NCBI GenBank assembly: GCA_035913415.1
Contig: JAMIIV010000247.1
Coordinates: 16,551-80,550 of the forward strand
DNA: 64,000 nucleotides
Direction of reading: 5' to 3'
DNA from: Fibrobacteria bacterium
GTDB taxonomy: Bacteria; Fibrobacterota; Fibrobacteria; UBA5070
Of the stretch, positions 28,663-37,844 are shown in pieces (within the stretch, counting starts at the first letter, position 1; every line of letters starts with the position of its first letter). The position numbers and the translations under genes were made by a program. A model generated the notes under the pieces. The model searched no databases. It saw only the letters and a list, made by a program, of their open reading frames with translations, and was not told where the DNA came from.

Positions 28663-29558
28663 AGCACGCGCCCCTTCCTCCTGCCTGCCACCCCTGCATC
28701 TTGCGCCAGGCCCTCCGGACAGCCCAGATCACCGGACTCGACGAGGTCGACCAGTCCCGCGTTCTGCGCACCGTCCACGATGCCCTGGCATCGGAGGGCA
28801 ACCACCCCACCACAGCCCAGCACATCGGTCGCAACGTGGCAGACCAAGCCTTGCTTCTGGGAGGCCTCCCCCCCGAGCACGACCCGTACCTCGAACTGAA
28901 ACGGCGCTCCAACCGGCTGGCGCTGTCGTGTGTGCCCGCCCTGCGGCAACGCATCCGCCAGGAATCCGATCCCCTGGCCGCGGCGTTGCGCGTCGCGGCG
29001 GCGGGCAACATCATCGATTTCGGCGCCAAGGACCACGGGGACCTCGATCTGGAGCGCGAGCTGAACGGGCTGTGGACCCAGCCCTTCGGGCGCTTCGACC
29101 TCGAATCCTTCCGCCAGCGGCTCGGCTCGGCCAACGAGATGCTCTACATCTGCGACAACGCCGGCGAGATCGTGTTCGACCAGCTCCTGATGGAAACGCT
29201 TCTGGCCATCCGACCAACCCTGCGCATCCACGCCGCACTTCGCGAAATGCCGATCATCAACGACGCCACCCTGGCCGACGGCCGCGAAATCGGCCTGGAC
29301 CGGCAGGCACACCTGCTCTCCAGCGGGAGCCGGGTCGCTGGCACGTTCCTGGACGAGACCACTGCGGAATTCCAATCCCTGTTCGCCCGTGCCGACATCG
29401 TCGTGAGCAAGGGGCAGGGAAATTTCGGCACGCTTCAGCGAAACAGCGATCCTCGCGTCTTCTTCATCCTGCGCGTGAAGTGCGCCCCCGTCGCCGCGAC
29501 CACGAAACACCCCCTGGACAGCCTCCTCGTGCTCCAGGGCACAACCTCCCGGATCTGA
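28659..29558 (+). CDS. DUF89/ARMT1-like damage-control phosphatase
   Basis: C.PCILRQ, AAAGNIIDFG, CDNAGEIVFD, PIINDAT, SKGQGNF. Confidence 0.9.
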   Translation: MKHAPLPPACHPCILRQALRTAQITGLDEVDQSRVLRTVHDALASEGNHPTTAQHIGRNVADQALLLGGLPPEHDPYLELKRRSNRLALSCVPALRQRIRQESDPLAAALRVAAAGNIIDFGAKDHGDLDLERELNGLWTQPFGRFDLESFRQRLGSANEMLYICDNAGEIVFDQLLMETLLAIRPTLRIHAALREMPIINDATLADGREIGLDRQAHLLSSGSRVAGTFLDETTAEFQSLFARADIVVSKGQGNFGTLQRNSDPRVFFILRVKCAPVAATTKHPLDSLLVLQGTTSRI

Positions 29559-29561
29559 ACC

Positions 29562-30719
29562 ATGCACCAGGAATCCTCGTACTCCCCTCTGGCTCTCGAC
29601 CACGCCCGAAACCCGCGGCACATGGCGCCCCTGTCGGAATTCGACGGATACGCAAGCCTCACGGGACCTTGCGGCGACACGATGGACTTCTGGATCCGCG
29701 TCGCCGACGGCGTGGCGACGGAAGTCGGCTTCACGACCGACGGCTGCGGGTCTTCCCGGGCGGCCGGCTCCATGACCTGCACCCTGGCGCGAGGTCGCCA
29801 TCTGGCCGCGTTGGGACTGATCGGGCAACGGGATGTCCTGGAAGCCCTCGGCGATTTCCCGTCCGAATCGGAACACTGCGCGCTACTGGCCACCGAGACC
29901 TTGCACGCGGCCGTGCGGGAATGTTTCCAGACCATGCGCGTGCGGCGCATCGATCGCAAGTACCTAGTCCTGGGAGGGAAGGGAGGCGTGGGCAAAAGCA
30001 CCATCGCGGCGAACCTCGCGCTGCTGTTGCGCGATCGTGGCCTGCGCACCGGACTACTCGACGCCGACATCCACGGCCCGAGCGTCCCCGCCATGACGGG
30101 GACGGAATCCGTCGAGCCGGAGCGATCCGACGACGCGCTGCGACCGGCGGAGATCCACGGTATCCGCGCCGTATCCATCGGGATGTTCCTGCCCCAACCC
30201 GACCAGGCTCTCGCCTGGAGAGGCCCCCGCAAAAGCAACATCGTGCGCCAGTTCCTTCGCGAGGTGGATTGGGGCGACCTCGACGTCCTCGTCATCGACG
30301 CGCCCCCGGGGACGGGCGACGAACTCCTGACGATCGCCCGTTCCGCCGGTCCCCTGGACGGGGCGATCGTGGTCACCACTCCGCAACGCATCGCCGCCAT
30401 CGACGTTCGCCGCGCCGTCACGTTCTGTCGCGACATGGGGATACCCGTCCTGGGGATCCTGGTGAATATGGCGGGACTTGTCTGCCCCCATTGCGGCGAG
30501 ACCACCCGCCTGTTCCCCGACGGCCCGGGCCTTGCCATCGCCTCCGACATGGGGATCCCCTTCCTGGGTTCCCTCCCCTTCGATCCGGAACTGTCCATTG
30601 CATCCGACACGGGTTCGCCCCTGGTCGCCTCCGCGCCCGAAAGCGAGACGGCCCGAAGGCTGCGCGATCTCCTGGAGCCCATCCTTTCGCACGCTGTTGG
30701 CGGAATTCCCGCGCGCTAA
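29562..30719 (+). CDS. IscU/NifU-N domain fused to Mrp/NBP35 (ApbC) Fe-S carrier ATPase
   Basis: N-terminal GPCGDTM, DGCG and EHCA (IscU Cys); C-terminal GKGGVGKST, DAPPGTGD, NMAG..CPHC. Confidence 0.87.
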   Translation: MHQESSYSPLALDHARNPRHMAPLSEFDGYASLTGPCGDTMDFWIRVADGVATEVGFTTDGCGSSRAAGSMTCTLARGRHLAALGLIGQRDVLEALGDFPSESEHCALLATETLHAAVRECFQTMRVRRIDRKYLVLGGKGGVGKSTIAANLALLLRDRGLRTGLLDADIHGPSVPAMTGTESVEPERSDDALRPAEIHGIRAVSIGMFLPQPDQALAWRGPRKSNIVRQFLREVDWGDLDVLVIDAPPGTGDELLTIARSAGPLDGAIVVTTPQRIAAIDVRRAVTFCRDMGIPVLGILVNMAGLVCPHCGETTRLFPDGPGLAIASDMGIPFLGSLPFDPELSIASDTGSPLVASAPESETARRLRDLLEPILSHAVGGIPAR

Positions 30720-30762
30720 GCCCGTGGGAATCCTTCCCGTCCACGCGCCTATCGGGAGGGAA

Positions 30763-31314
30763 TCACTCCCGATAGAATCGTCCATCGGCGCGGATGGTCG
30801 ACTGGACGGCGCTCGGACCTTCCAGCCAGCCGCGTCCGGCTTCCCGGTAGCTGTCGTAGTCCGGGATGTAGGGCTTGATGTCGAGCAAGGGCGTCCCATC
30901 GAGGATGTCGAGTCCGGTCACATGCACGAACCTTCCCGCGATGCCGACGATGCGCAAACACGAGAGTCCGACCGGATTCGGGCGGGCGGGCGATCGGGTA
31001 GCGAAGATCCCGCGTTCGACCGTATCCCGGTAGGGTACGACCGTCGGGCGCGCCTCGATCGCCCGATCGATCCAGAACAGCGCCCAAAGGTGCGTGAATC
31101 CATCGAGATCACGCAATCCTTCCTGCCATTGCTCGGCAATTTCGAGGGAGCCGCGCCCTCCTCGGGGATCGACATGGGGAGAATCCACCATGTCGGCATT
31201 CCCCCCCGGCCAACCGCCATCTGCGAACCATGAGACGAACGACTGCACAGGGGTCCCCTGCGCTTGGTTGAAAGGGGAATGCACCACTCCCACCGGGGTC
31301 ATCTCGAGTTTCAT
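30763..31314 (-). CDS. trmO: tRNA m6t6A37 methyltransferase TrmO (TsaA/YaeB)
   Basis: GVVHSPF, GIFATRSPARPNPVGLS, GLDILDGTPLLDIKPY. Confidence 0.9.
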   Translation of the reverse strand: MKLEMTPVGVVHSPFNQAQGTPVQSFVSWFADGGWPGGNADMVDSPHVDPRGGRGSLEIAEQWQEGLRDLDGFTHLWALFWIDRAIEARPTVVPYRDTVERGIFATRSPARPNPVGLSCLRIVGIAGRFVHVTGLDILDGTPLLDIKPYIPDYDSYREAGRGWLEGPSAVQSTIRADGRFYRE

Positions 31315-32138
31315 GATTCCCCCAGGCAGGCCTGTAGCCAGACCGGCAATCCACCAAGGAACACATCGCAGTCACCACCCGATGCGGCCACCCGATGGAT
31401 GCGCCATTGCGACGACACCTCCGATGCTGCCAAGGTTTCGGCGCTCCCTCCGGCCGCGACAACATCCAATCGAACCCCGCGCCCGCTCAAGCCTTCGAGG
31501 ATCCTGCACATTCGGTCCGCCTCGGACTCGTCTTCCCCGACCAAGGCGATGGCATGACCGACGTCCTCGAGCGCCATGTATATCTCCGCGCGATCCTCCA
31601 CCGAGACATCGACCAGAACCACTTCGGCACCAAAGAGCTTCGCCTCACGCCGCCCCCTGGCACGCAGGTGGCGAACGAGGCCCGGCATCGAAAAACCTTC
31701 CGGAACACCGTCGCATCCGACCACTCGCCCGTGCGGGGTGACGAACACGGAGGTGTTCACAGAAACCATCGGCGCGATCGCGATCGCTCCGCGAAAACAG
31801 GCCCCCACACAAGCCCCGCAGGCAGTGCACACCGAGGCATCGACCAGGATCCGACGACCTTGTCGCGTCAGGGCACCCATCGGGCAGGACCTGACACATC
31901 GGCCACAACCGGTGCAGGTTGTTTCCTCCACCTGCGCGATCCGCGGCGGCACGAATCGTTCCGTCCTCGTGGCCACCGCGCAGGCGACAAGCTGTCCATC
32001 GGAGCGCTGGACATCACCATCGACCACCACGGAATGCGCAATGGCCTGCGACAGGCGCACCGTGACGGCCCTGCGCATCGCCGGATCGCCGGCACCGACG
32101 ATCGCGATTTCCCGAATCCCCGAATTCCTGGACGCCAT
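31311..32138 (-). CDS. 4Fe-4S dicluster protein resembling a degenerate paralog of the P-loop/ferredoxin ATPases
   Basis: CTGCGRCVRSCP and CTACGACVGAC; no Walker A; GGAGG RBS before the ATG at 32138. Confidence 0.7.
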   Translation of the reverse strand: MASRNSGIREIAIVGAGDPAMRRAVTVRLSQAIAHSVVVDGDVQRSDGQLVACAVATRTERFVPPRIAQVEETTCTGCGRCVRSCPMGALTRQGRRILVDASVCTACGACVGACFRGAIAIAPMVSVNTSVFVTPHGRVVGCDGVPEGFSMPGLVRHLRARGRREAKLFGAEVVLVDVSVEDRAEIYMALEDVGHAIALVGEDESEADRMCRILEGLSGRGVRLDVVAAGGSAETLAASEVSSQWRIHRVAASGGDCDVFLGGLPVWLQACLGES

Positions 32139-32189
32139 GGATCCTCCCTGATCGCATCCTGCCTCGACCGAAGCGTGGTGATTCAATAT

Positions 32190-32206
32190 AGATGTATTCT
32201 ACATCC
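32190..32206. promoter_or_regulatory. GGATGY-N5-RCATCC-type operator, site B
   Basis: AGATGTATTCTACATCC in the divergent gap between the 4Fe-4S gene and bioB. Confidence 0.7.
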
Positions 32207-32227
32207 TTTTGCTACCTTGCCTCGGTC

Positions 32228-33241
32228 ATGGATACCGCAGAAGCCTGCCACGGCGCCCACCCCAAGAGCCTTCCACGCGTACAACGCATCTCCCGCGACG
32301 AGGTGCTGGCATTGTTCGACACCCCATTGCCCAAGCTGTTGCCCATGGCCCAGGAAGCCCACCGACGCCACTTCGATCCCCTCGAGGTCCGCGCCTCCAC
32401 CCTCGTCTCGGTCCGCACGGGCGCCTGCGTCGAGGACTGCGCGTATTGCGCACAGAGCAGTCGTCACGAACAACCCGTGGAATACCAACCCCTCATGACG
32501 GTTTCCGCCGTGCTCGAAGCGGCGCGCACGGCTCGAACTGCGGGAGCGACGCGCCTTTGCATGGGGGCGTCGTGGCGCTCGCCCAGGGCTGGGTCCCAGT
32601 GGGAAAACGTCCTGGACATGGTGCGAGGGGTCAAGGCTCTGGGCCTGGAGGCGTGCGTCACCCTCGGGATGCTCTCACAGGACCAGGCGAACGACCTGAA
32701 GGCGGCTGGACTGGACTATTACAACCACAATCTCGACACCTCGCCGGAATACTACGGACGGATCGTGACCACCCGCACCTTCCAGGACCGGCTGGACACC
32801 CTAGCCCGCGTGCGGGAAGCGGGGATCATGGTGTGCTCGGGCGGCATCCTGGGAATGGGTGAATCGCGCGAAGACCGCGCAGGCCTCCTCCAGGAATTGG
32901 CCAACCTCCCCACTCCACCGGATTCCGTCCCCATCAACCGCCTGATGCCCATGCCCGGAACCCCGCTGGTCGACGCGACTCCCGTCGACGACCTGGAGAT
33001 CGTCCGCGCCATCGCCGTGACCCGCATCCTGCTCCCCTCCACCCAGATCCGCCTCTCGGCGGGAAGATCGCTGATGAGCCATGCCGTGCAATTCCTGTGC
33101 TTCCTGGCCGGGGCCAACGGCATCTTCCTGGGCGACCAGCTATTGACGGCGGGAAATCCCGGACCGGACGAAGACAAGGCGATGATCGCCTCCTTCGGCA
33201 TGCGCCTGGACACGGAATCCTCCCTCCCACCCACTCCCTGA
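32228..33241 (+). CDS. bioB: Biotin synthase
   Basis: TGACVEDCAYCAQS, YNHNLDTS, VCSGGILGMGES, VPINRL, RLSAGR, AGANGIF.G..LLT. Confidence 0.95.
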   Translation: MDTAEACHGAHPKSLPRVQRISRDEVLALFDTPLPKLLPMAQEAHRRHFDPLEVRASTLVSVRTGACVEDCAYCAQSSRHEQPVEYQPLMTVSAVLEAARTARTAGATRLCMGASWRSPRAGSQWENVLDMVRGVKALGLEACVTLGMLSQDQANDLKAAGLDYYNHNLDTSPEYYGRIVTTRTFQDRLDTLARVREAGIMVCSGGILGMGESREDRAGLLQELANLPTPPDSVPINRLMPMPGTPLVDATPVDDLEIVRAIAVTRILLPSTQIRLSAGRSLMSHAVQFLCFLAGANGIFLGDQLLTAGNPGPDEDKAMIASFGMRLDTESSLPPTP

Positions 33242-33256
33242 AGCCCTGGAGCCCCC

Positions 33257-34204
33257 ATGTACCGCGAACAGATCAAGGTCCTCGACTGCACCATCCGCGA
33301 TGGAGGCCTGGTCAACGACCACGCCTTCGACCTCGACTTCGTGCGCCGCACCTACCGCGGCATCTCCGAGGCAGGAGTGGACTATTTCGAGATTGGGTAC
33401 CGCAACCGGCCCGTCTCCGCCTCCGGTTCCTTCGGGCCCTGGAAGAGCTGTCCCGACGACGACATCCGTCGCGCCATCGAAGGCTGTCCCAATGGCGCGA
33501 AGCTCTCGGTGATGATCGACATCGGCAGAGTCGACATGGACTCGTTTCTGCCGGCCGAGCGCAGCCCGTTTTCGATGGTGCGCGTGGCGTCGTACGTGAA
33601 GGACATCGACAAGGCCATCGCGATGGGCAACGCGCTCCACGAACTCGGCTACGAGACCTGCATCAACATCATGGCGCTCTCGCGCGACAACGGCCCCGCG
33701 CTCGACGAAGCCTTTGAACAATGCGCAATGGAATCGAAGGCCGACGTGATCTATCTGGTCGACTCCTTCGGGGCATTCCACCAGGAAGACATTTCCCGTC
33801 TGGTTCGTCGGGCTCGAGCCCGGCTCCCCGGCCGCGAACTGGGCTTCCACGGGCACAACAACCAGCAACTGGCCTTTTCCAACACGGTCCAGGCGATCAT
33901 CGAGGGCGTGAACTATCTCGACGCCACGGTGTTCGGGATGGGGCGGGCCGCAGGCAACTGCACCCTGGAACTGCTGCTGGGATTCCTCAAGAACCCTCGT
34001 TACGACCTGCGCCCCGTCCTGGATCTCATATCCCGGGACTTCGCGCCCTTGAGCCGCTGCCACGAGTGGGGGTACCTCATTCCCCACATGATCGCGGGTC
34101 AACTCAACCTGCATCCCCAGCAGGCGCTGGATGTCCTGAAGGGACCCGAACGTTCCGACTACCGCCGTTTCCACGAAAGGATGGCTTCGAGCCTGCTTTC
34201 CTGA
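33257..34204 (+). CDS. HMGL-like (DRE-TIM) aldolase catalytic-domain protein
   Basis: LDCTIRDGG, YLVDSFG, GFHGHNNQQLAF.N, GMGRAAGN. Confidence 0.82.
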   Translation: MYREQIKVLDCTIRDGGLVNDHAFDLDFVRRTYRGISEAGVDYFEIGYRNRPVSASGSFGPWKSCPDDDIRRAIEGCPNGAKLSVMIDIGRVDMDSFLPAERSPFSMVRVASYVKDIDKAIAMGNALHELGYETCINIMALSRDNGPALDEAFEQCAMESKADVIYLVDSFGAFHQEDISRLVRRARARLPGRELGFHGHNNQQLAFSNTVQAIIEGVNYLDATVFGMGRAAGNCTLELLLGFLKNPRYDLRPVLDLISRDFAPLSRCHEWGYLIPHMIAGQLNLHPQQALDVLKGPERSDYRRFHERMASSLLS

Positions 34205-34221
34205 ATCCTCGGCACCAAAGC

Positions 34222-34248
34222 TGTAACCTTGCGGTGTTCTCCACATCC
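34222..34248 (+). promoter_or_regulatory. TGTAACC element plus operator site H
   Basis: TGTAACC-ttg-CGGTGTTCTCCACATCC upstream of the CoADR gene. Confidence 0.6.
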
Positions 34249-34276
34249 ATTGTGGGGACAACCAAGGAGAACAGAC

Positions 34277-36280
34277 ATGGAAACGATCCTGATCCTGGGC
34301 GGTGTCGCCGCCGGAGCCACCGCCGCCGCCCGCGCCCGCCGCTTGTCCCCCACCGCCCGGATCACGATCCTGGAAGCCGGCCCCGACATCTCGTTCGCCA
34401 ACTGCGGCCTGCCCTACTACATCGGCGGCGACATCGAGAATCGTTCCTCCCTGATCCTCCAGAGCCCGGAGAGCTTCAAGCAGCAGTACGACGTGTACGT
34501 TCACGTGCTGACCCGCGCCGAGTCCATCGACCGTGAGGCGCACGTGGTGCGCGCCCTCGACGTGCGCACCGGAGAGCACAGGCAGTTCCCCTACACCAAG
34601 CTGATCCTCGCGCAGGGCGGACGCCCCATCCTGCCGGACCTTCCCGGTGCCGATCTGCCCCACGTCTTCTCGCTGTGGACCCTCGACGACATGGATCGCA
34701 TCGATGCGTTCCTCAAGCGCAGCGGCGCCAAAGTGGCTGTGATCGGCGGCGGCGGATTCATCGGGTTGGAAATGGCCGAGGCGCTGGTGCACCGGGGGCT
34801 GGAGGTCCACGTCGTGGAGAAGCTCCCGCACGTGATGGCCGTGATGGATCCCGAAATCTCAGGCGCGGTGGAAGAGGAACTTTCCGCCCACGGTGTGCGC
34901 CTGCACAAAGGCACCGGAGTCGCCTCCATCGGCGCCGATCGCGTGACGCTGGAAGACGGCACCGTGATCTCCGCGGGTATGGTCTTGATGTCCATCGGCG
35001 TACGTCCCACCCTGCAGTTGGCTCGCGATGCTGGCCTGGAAATCGGACCGTCCGGCGGACTCCTGGTCGACCGCACCTTGCGCACCAGCGACCCGTCCAT
35101 CTGGGCCGCCGGTGACATGGTCGAGATCGAGCACCGCATCCACGGGGCGAAGGTCCGCATCCCGCTGGCCGGGCCCGCCAATCGGCAAGGGCGCATTGCC
35201 GCCGAGAACGCCCTGGGGGGAACACACCCCTACGGCGGAGCGCTGGGCACATCCATCGTACGCGTGTTCGATCTGGCCGCCGGCATGACCGGGCTCTCGC
35301 TCAAAGCGGCCCGCGCCGCGGGACTGGACGCTGTGGCCGTCACGGTGCACAAGGAGCACCACACCGCTTACTATCCCGGGGCAAAAACCGTCACGGTTCG
35401 TCTGGTCGTGGAACGTCCCAGCGGGCGCATCCTGGGCGGCCAGACCGCGGGCGAAGCCGGTGCCGATCGTCGCCTGGACGCCATCGCCGTGGCCGCCTAC
35501 TCCGGCATGACGGTGCACCAGTTGGCCGATGTCGACCTGTCCTACTCGCCTCCCCTGGGGACCGCCAACGACGCTTTGAACATGGCCGCCTTCGTGGCGG
35601 AGAATCGCCTGTCCGGATACGGCCCCTCCCTTTCCCCCGAAGAGATCGATGGCTGGGTGCGCGAACACGCACCCATGGTCGTGGATCTGCGGGACACCTT
35701 CGCCTTCGAAAAGGGCCACGTCGATGGCGCGGTGAACATCCCCCTGGAGCTTCTGGGTGAACAGGTGGCGGACCTGCCCCGCGACCGCGCTCTCCTTCTG
35801 GTGGACGGTACGGGCAAGAAGGGCCACCAAGCCTTGCGGAGTCTGGTCGCGAACCTTACCGCTCCGCTGGTGAACGTCAGCGGCGGATTCACCACTTTGC
35901 TTCGCCACGCCCGTGCGGTGGGATTCACCTCCCTGGGGCTCTCCCTGCCCGAAGTCGCCGCGAAGACCAACGCCACCAAGGAATCAGAACCTCCCAAGGC
36001 GGTTCCCGCTGTCCAGGCTCCGAAATCCGAAGGCTTGCTGGTCGTGGACGTGCGCACCCCCGGCGAATTCGCCACCGGTGCGTACCCTGGGGCCGTGAAC
36101 ATTCCCCTGGACACCCTTCCCTCCCGCCTTGGAGAACTCGGCTCCAAGGACCGCGAGATCGTCCTCTATTGTGCATCGGGCGCACGCTCCGGTTACGCCG
36201 CGGGCATCCTGCAACAGTCGGGCTTCTCAAACATCACCAACGGCGGTGGCCTGGTCCACATGATGCGCCGCCGGGGGTGA
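34277..36280 (+). CDS. CoA-disulfide/persulfide reductase-like flavoprotein with two C-terminal rhodanese domains
   Basis: GGVAAGATAA, SFANCGLPY, GGGFIGLEMAE, HTAYYPGA, YSPP; rhodanese VDLR and VDVRTPGEF...YCASGARS. Confidence 0.92.
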   Translation: METILILGGVAAGATAAARARRLSPTARITILEAGPDISFANCGLPYYIGGDIENRSSLILQSPESFKQQYDVYVHVLTRAESIDREAHVVRALDVRTGEHRQFPYTKLILAQGGRPILPDLPGADLPHVFSLWTLDDMDRIDAFLKRSGAKVAVIGGGGFIGLEMAEALVHRGLEVHVVEKLPHVMAVMDPEISGAVEEELSAHGVRLHKGTGVASIGADRVTLEDGTVISAGMVLMSIGVRPTLQLARDAGLEIGPSGGLLVDRTLRTSDPSIWAAGDMVEIEHRIHGAKVRIPLAGPANRQGRIAAENALGGTHPYGGALGTSIVRVFDLAAGMTGLSLKAARAAGLDAVAVTVHKEHHTAYYPGAKTVTVRLVVERPSGRILGGQTAGEAGADRRLDAIAVAAYSGMTVHQLADVDLSYSPPLGTANDALNMAAFVAENRLSGYGPSLSPEEIDGWVREHAPMVVDLRDTFAFEKGHVDGAVNIPLELLGEQVADLPRDRALLLVDGTGKKGHQALRSLVANLTAPLVNVSGGFTTLLRHARAVGFTSLGLSLPEVAAKTNATKESEPPKAVPAVQAPKSEGLLVVDVRTPGEFATGAYPGAVNIPLDTLPSRLGELGSKDREIVLYCASGARSGYAAGILQQSGFSNITNGGGLVHMMRRRG

Positions 36281-36339
36281 GACGTCCGATGGTACGGGTC
36301 GATCCCAAGGCCGACCCGTACCACATGGAGGCGCCTCGC

Positions 36340-37059
36340 CTACTTCTTGAGGATCGTCTTGAGGACGGTTTCCTTGTCGAGTTTCTTCGTGCAGAAGAAC
36401 CAGTCGTGGCAGGTCATCTCGTCCTTGCTCTCCATGCGTTCCTTGGCCACCCCGCACGAACCCGCGGTGGGCACGATCACGTCGTCACCCGGGCGCCAAT
36501 CGGCGGGTGTCGCGATCGAGAATGCATCCGCGGTCTGGAGCGCGATCACGATGCGGTAGATCTCGTCGAAGTTCCGACCCAGGCTCAGCGGATAATACAA
36601 CACCGTGCGGACCACCCCCTTGGGGTCGACGACAAACACCGCGCGAACCGCCTTGGTACTGCTCTCTCCCGGTTGCATCATCCCGTACATCTTGGCCACT
36701 TCCATGGTGATGTCCTCGATGAGCGGGAAATTCACCTCGACATCCTTCATCCCCTTGTACGAGATCTTCTCCTTGATGGTGCGCAACCAGGCGATGTGGC
36801 TGTACAGACCATCGACGGAAAGTCCGACCAGCTTGCAGTTGGCCTCCTCGAATTTCGGCTGGAGGGTCGCGAACGTCATGAACTCGGAGGTGCAGACGGG
36901 GGTGAAGTCCGCAGGATGCGAAAAGAGGATCACCCAACTACCGGCGTACTGGTCGGGAAAACGGATCTCTCCCTGGGTAGTGACGGCCTTGAATGCTGGG
37001 GCCTTGTCTCCGATGCGAGGGATCGCGAAGGCGGGGGCTGCTGCGCTGCTGTTGTCCAT
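36340..37059 (-). CDS. Peroxiredoxin (Prx6/TDXH type)
   Basis: LFSHPADFTPVCTSE, GRNFDE, TPADW.PG, CHDWFFC. Confidence 0.93.
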   Translation of the reverse strand: MDNSSAAAPAFAIPRIGDKAPAFKAVTTQGEIRFPDQYAGSWVILFSHPADFTPVCTSEFMTFATLQPKFEEANCKLVGLSVDGLYSHIAWLRTIKEKISYKGMKDVEVNFPLIEDITMEVAKMYGMMQPGESSTKAVRAVFVVDPKGVVRTVLYYPLSLGRNFDEIYRIVIALQTADAFSIATPADWRPGDDVIVPTAGSCGVAKERMESKDEMTCHDWFFCTKKLDKETVLKTILKK

Positions 37060-37145
37060 GGAGGCTCCTGATTGAATCTGTTCCTGCGGGTTCCATGACT
37101 CCCGATAGCCCTCCAGGGGAAAGCCTCCGACGGGGTCACGAATTT

Positions 37146-37162
37146 GGATGCTCATTGCATCC
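37146..37162. promoter_or_regulatory. GGATGY-N5-RCATCC-type operator, site C
   Basis: GGATGCTCATTGCATCC in the divergent gap between the peroxiredoxin and DUF1847 genes. Confidence 0.72.
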
Positions 37163-37219
37163 TTTTGAGAATATACCATCTGAGACGACCACCAACCACA
37201 TTCCCACGGGACGCCACCA

Positions 37220-37789
37220 ATGGACTGCACTCTCTGCAAGGGAAAAACCTGTCGAAGCCTGGTGTCGTGCGGGAACGAGGCATTCGAGGCCGCCGAAATC
37301 CTGGAGGCCTACCAGGAAACATCCATCCAGGATGGCATCCAGGCGGCCGCCCGGCTGGTCGACAACGGTCGGGCGGGAACCCTCTCGCGCATCGAGGAGA
37401 TCGCCGAATTCGCGCTGGACAGAAACTGGGCGCGCATAGGCCTGGCCTACTGCTACGGCATGGAAGCCGAAGCCACAATGGTTTCGCGCATCTTGCGCTC
37501 GCGCGGTCTGCGCATGGAAGCAGTTTCCTGCAGTACCGGAGCCCTCGCCCAGGAGGAAGTCAACGCCCAATCGCAGCTCCACAAGGTCTCGTGCAACCCG
37601 CTTGGTCAAGCCGCGCAGATTCGTTCCGCCAAGGTGGATCTGGTCGTGACGATGGGCCTGTGCCTGGGGCACGACATCCTGTTCCAGAAAGCCCTCGAAG
37701 GCACCCCCTGCACGACCCTTGTCGTGAAGGATCGAACTTCGGGACATGCACCCCTGGTGGCGATTCGCAGGATCGCGGAAGCTATGTAA
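37220..37789 (+). CDS. DUF1847 domain protein
   Basis: SRIEEIAEFA, IGLAYCYG, CNPLGQA, MGLCLGHD, LVVKDR..GH.PL. Confidence 0.88.
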   Translation: MDCTLCKGKTCRSLVSCGNEAFEAAEILEAYQETSIQDGIQAAARLVDNGRAGTLSRIEEIAEFALDRNWARIGLAYCYGMEAEATMVSRILRSRGLRMEAVSCSTGALAQEEVNAQSQLHKVSCNPLGQAAQIRSAKVDLVVTMGLCLGHDILFQKALEGTPCTTLVVKDRTSGHAPLVAIRRIAEAM

Positions 37790-37811
37790 CCATTAGGTGT
37801 TTATGACATCC
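37785..37811 (+). promoter_or_regulatory. TGTAACC element plus operator site D
   Basis: TGTAACC-att-AGGTGTTTATGACATCC upstream of the Acr3-like gene. Confidence 0.62.
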
Positions 37812-37844
37812 ATATAGAGCCAACCCTATCTCCAGAGGTGCTCC

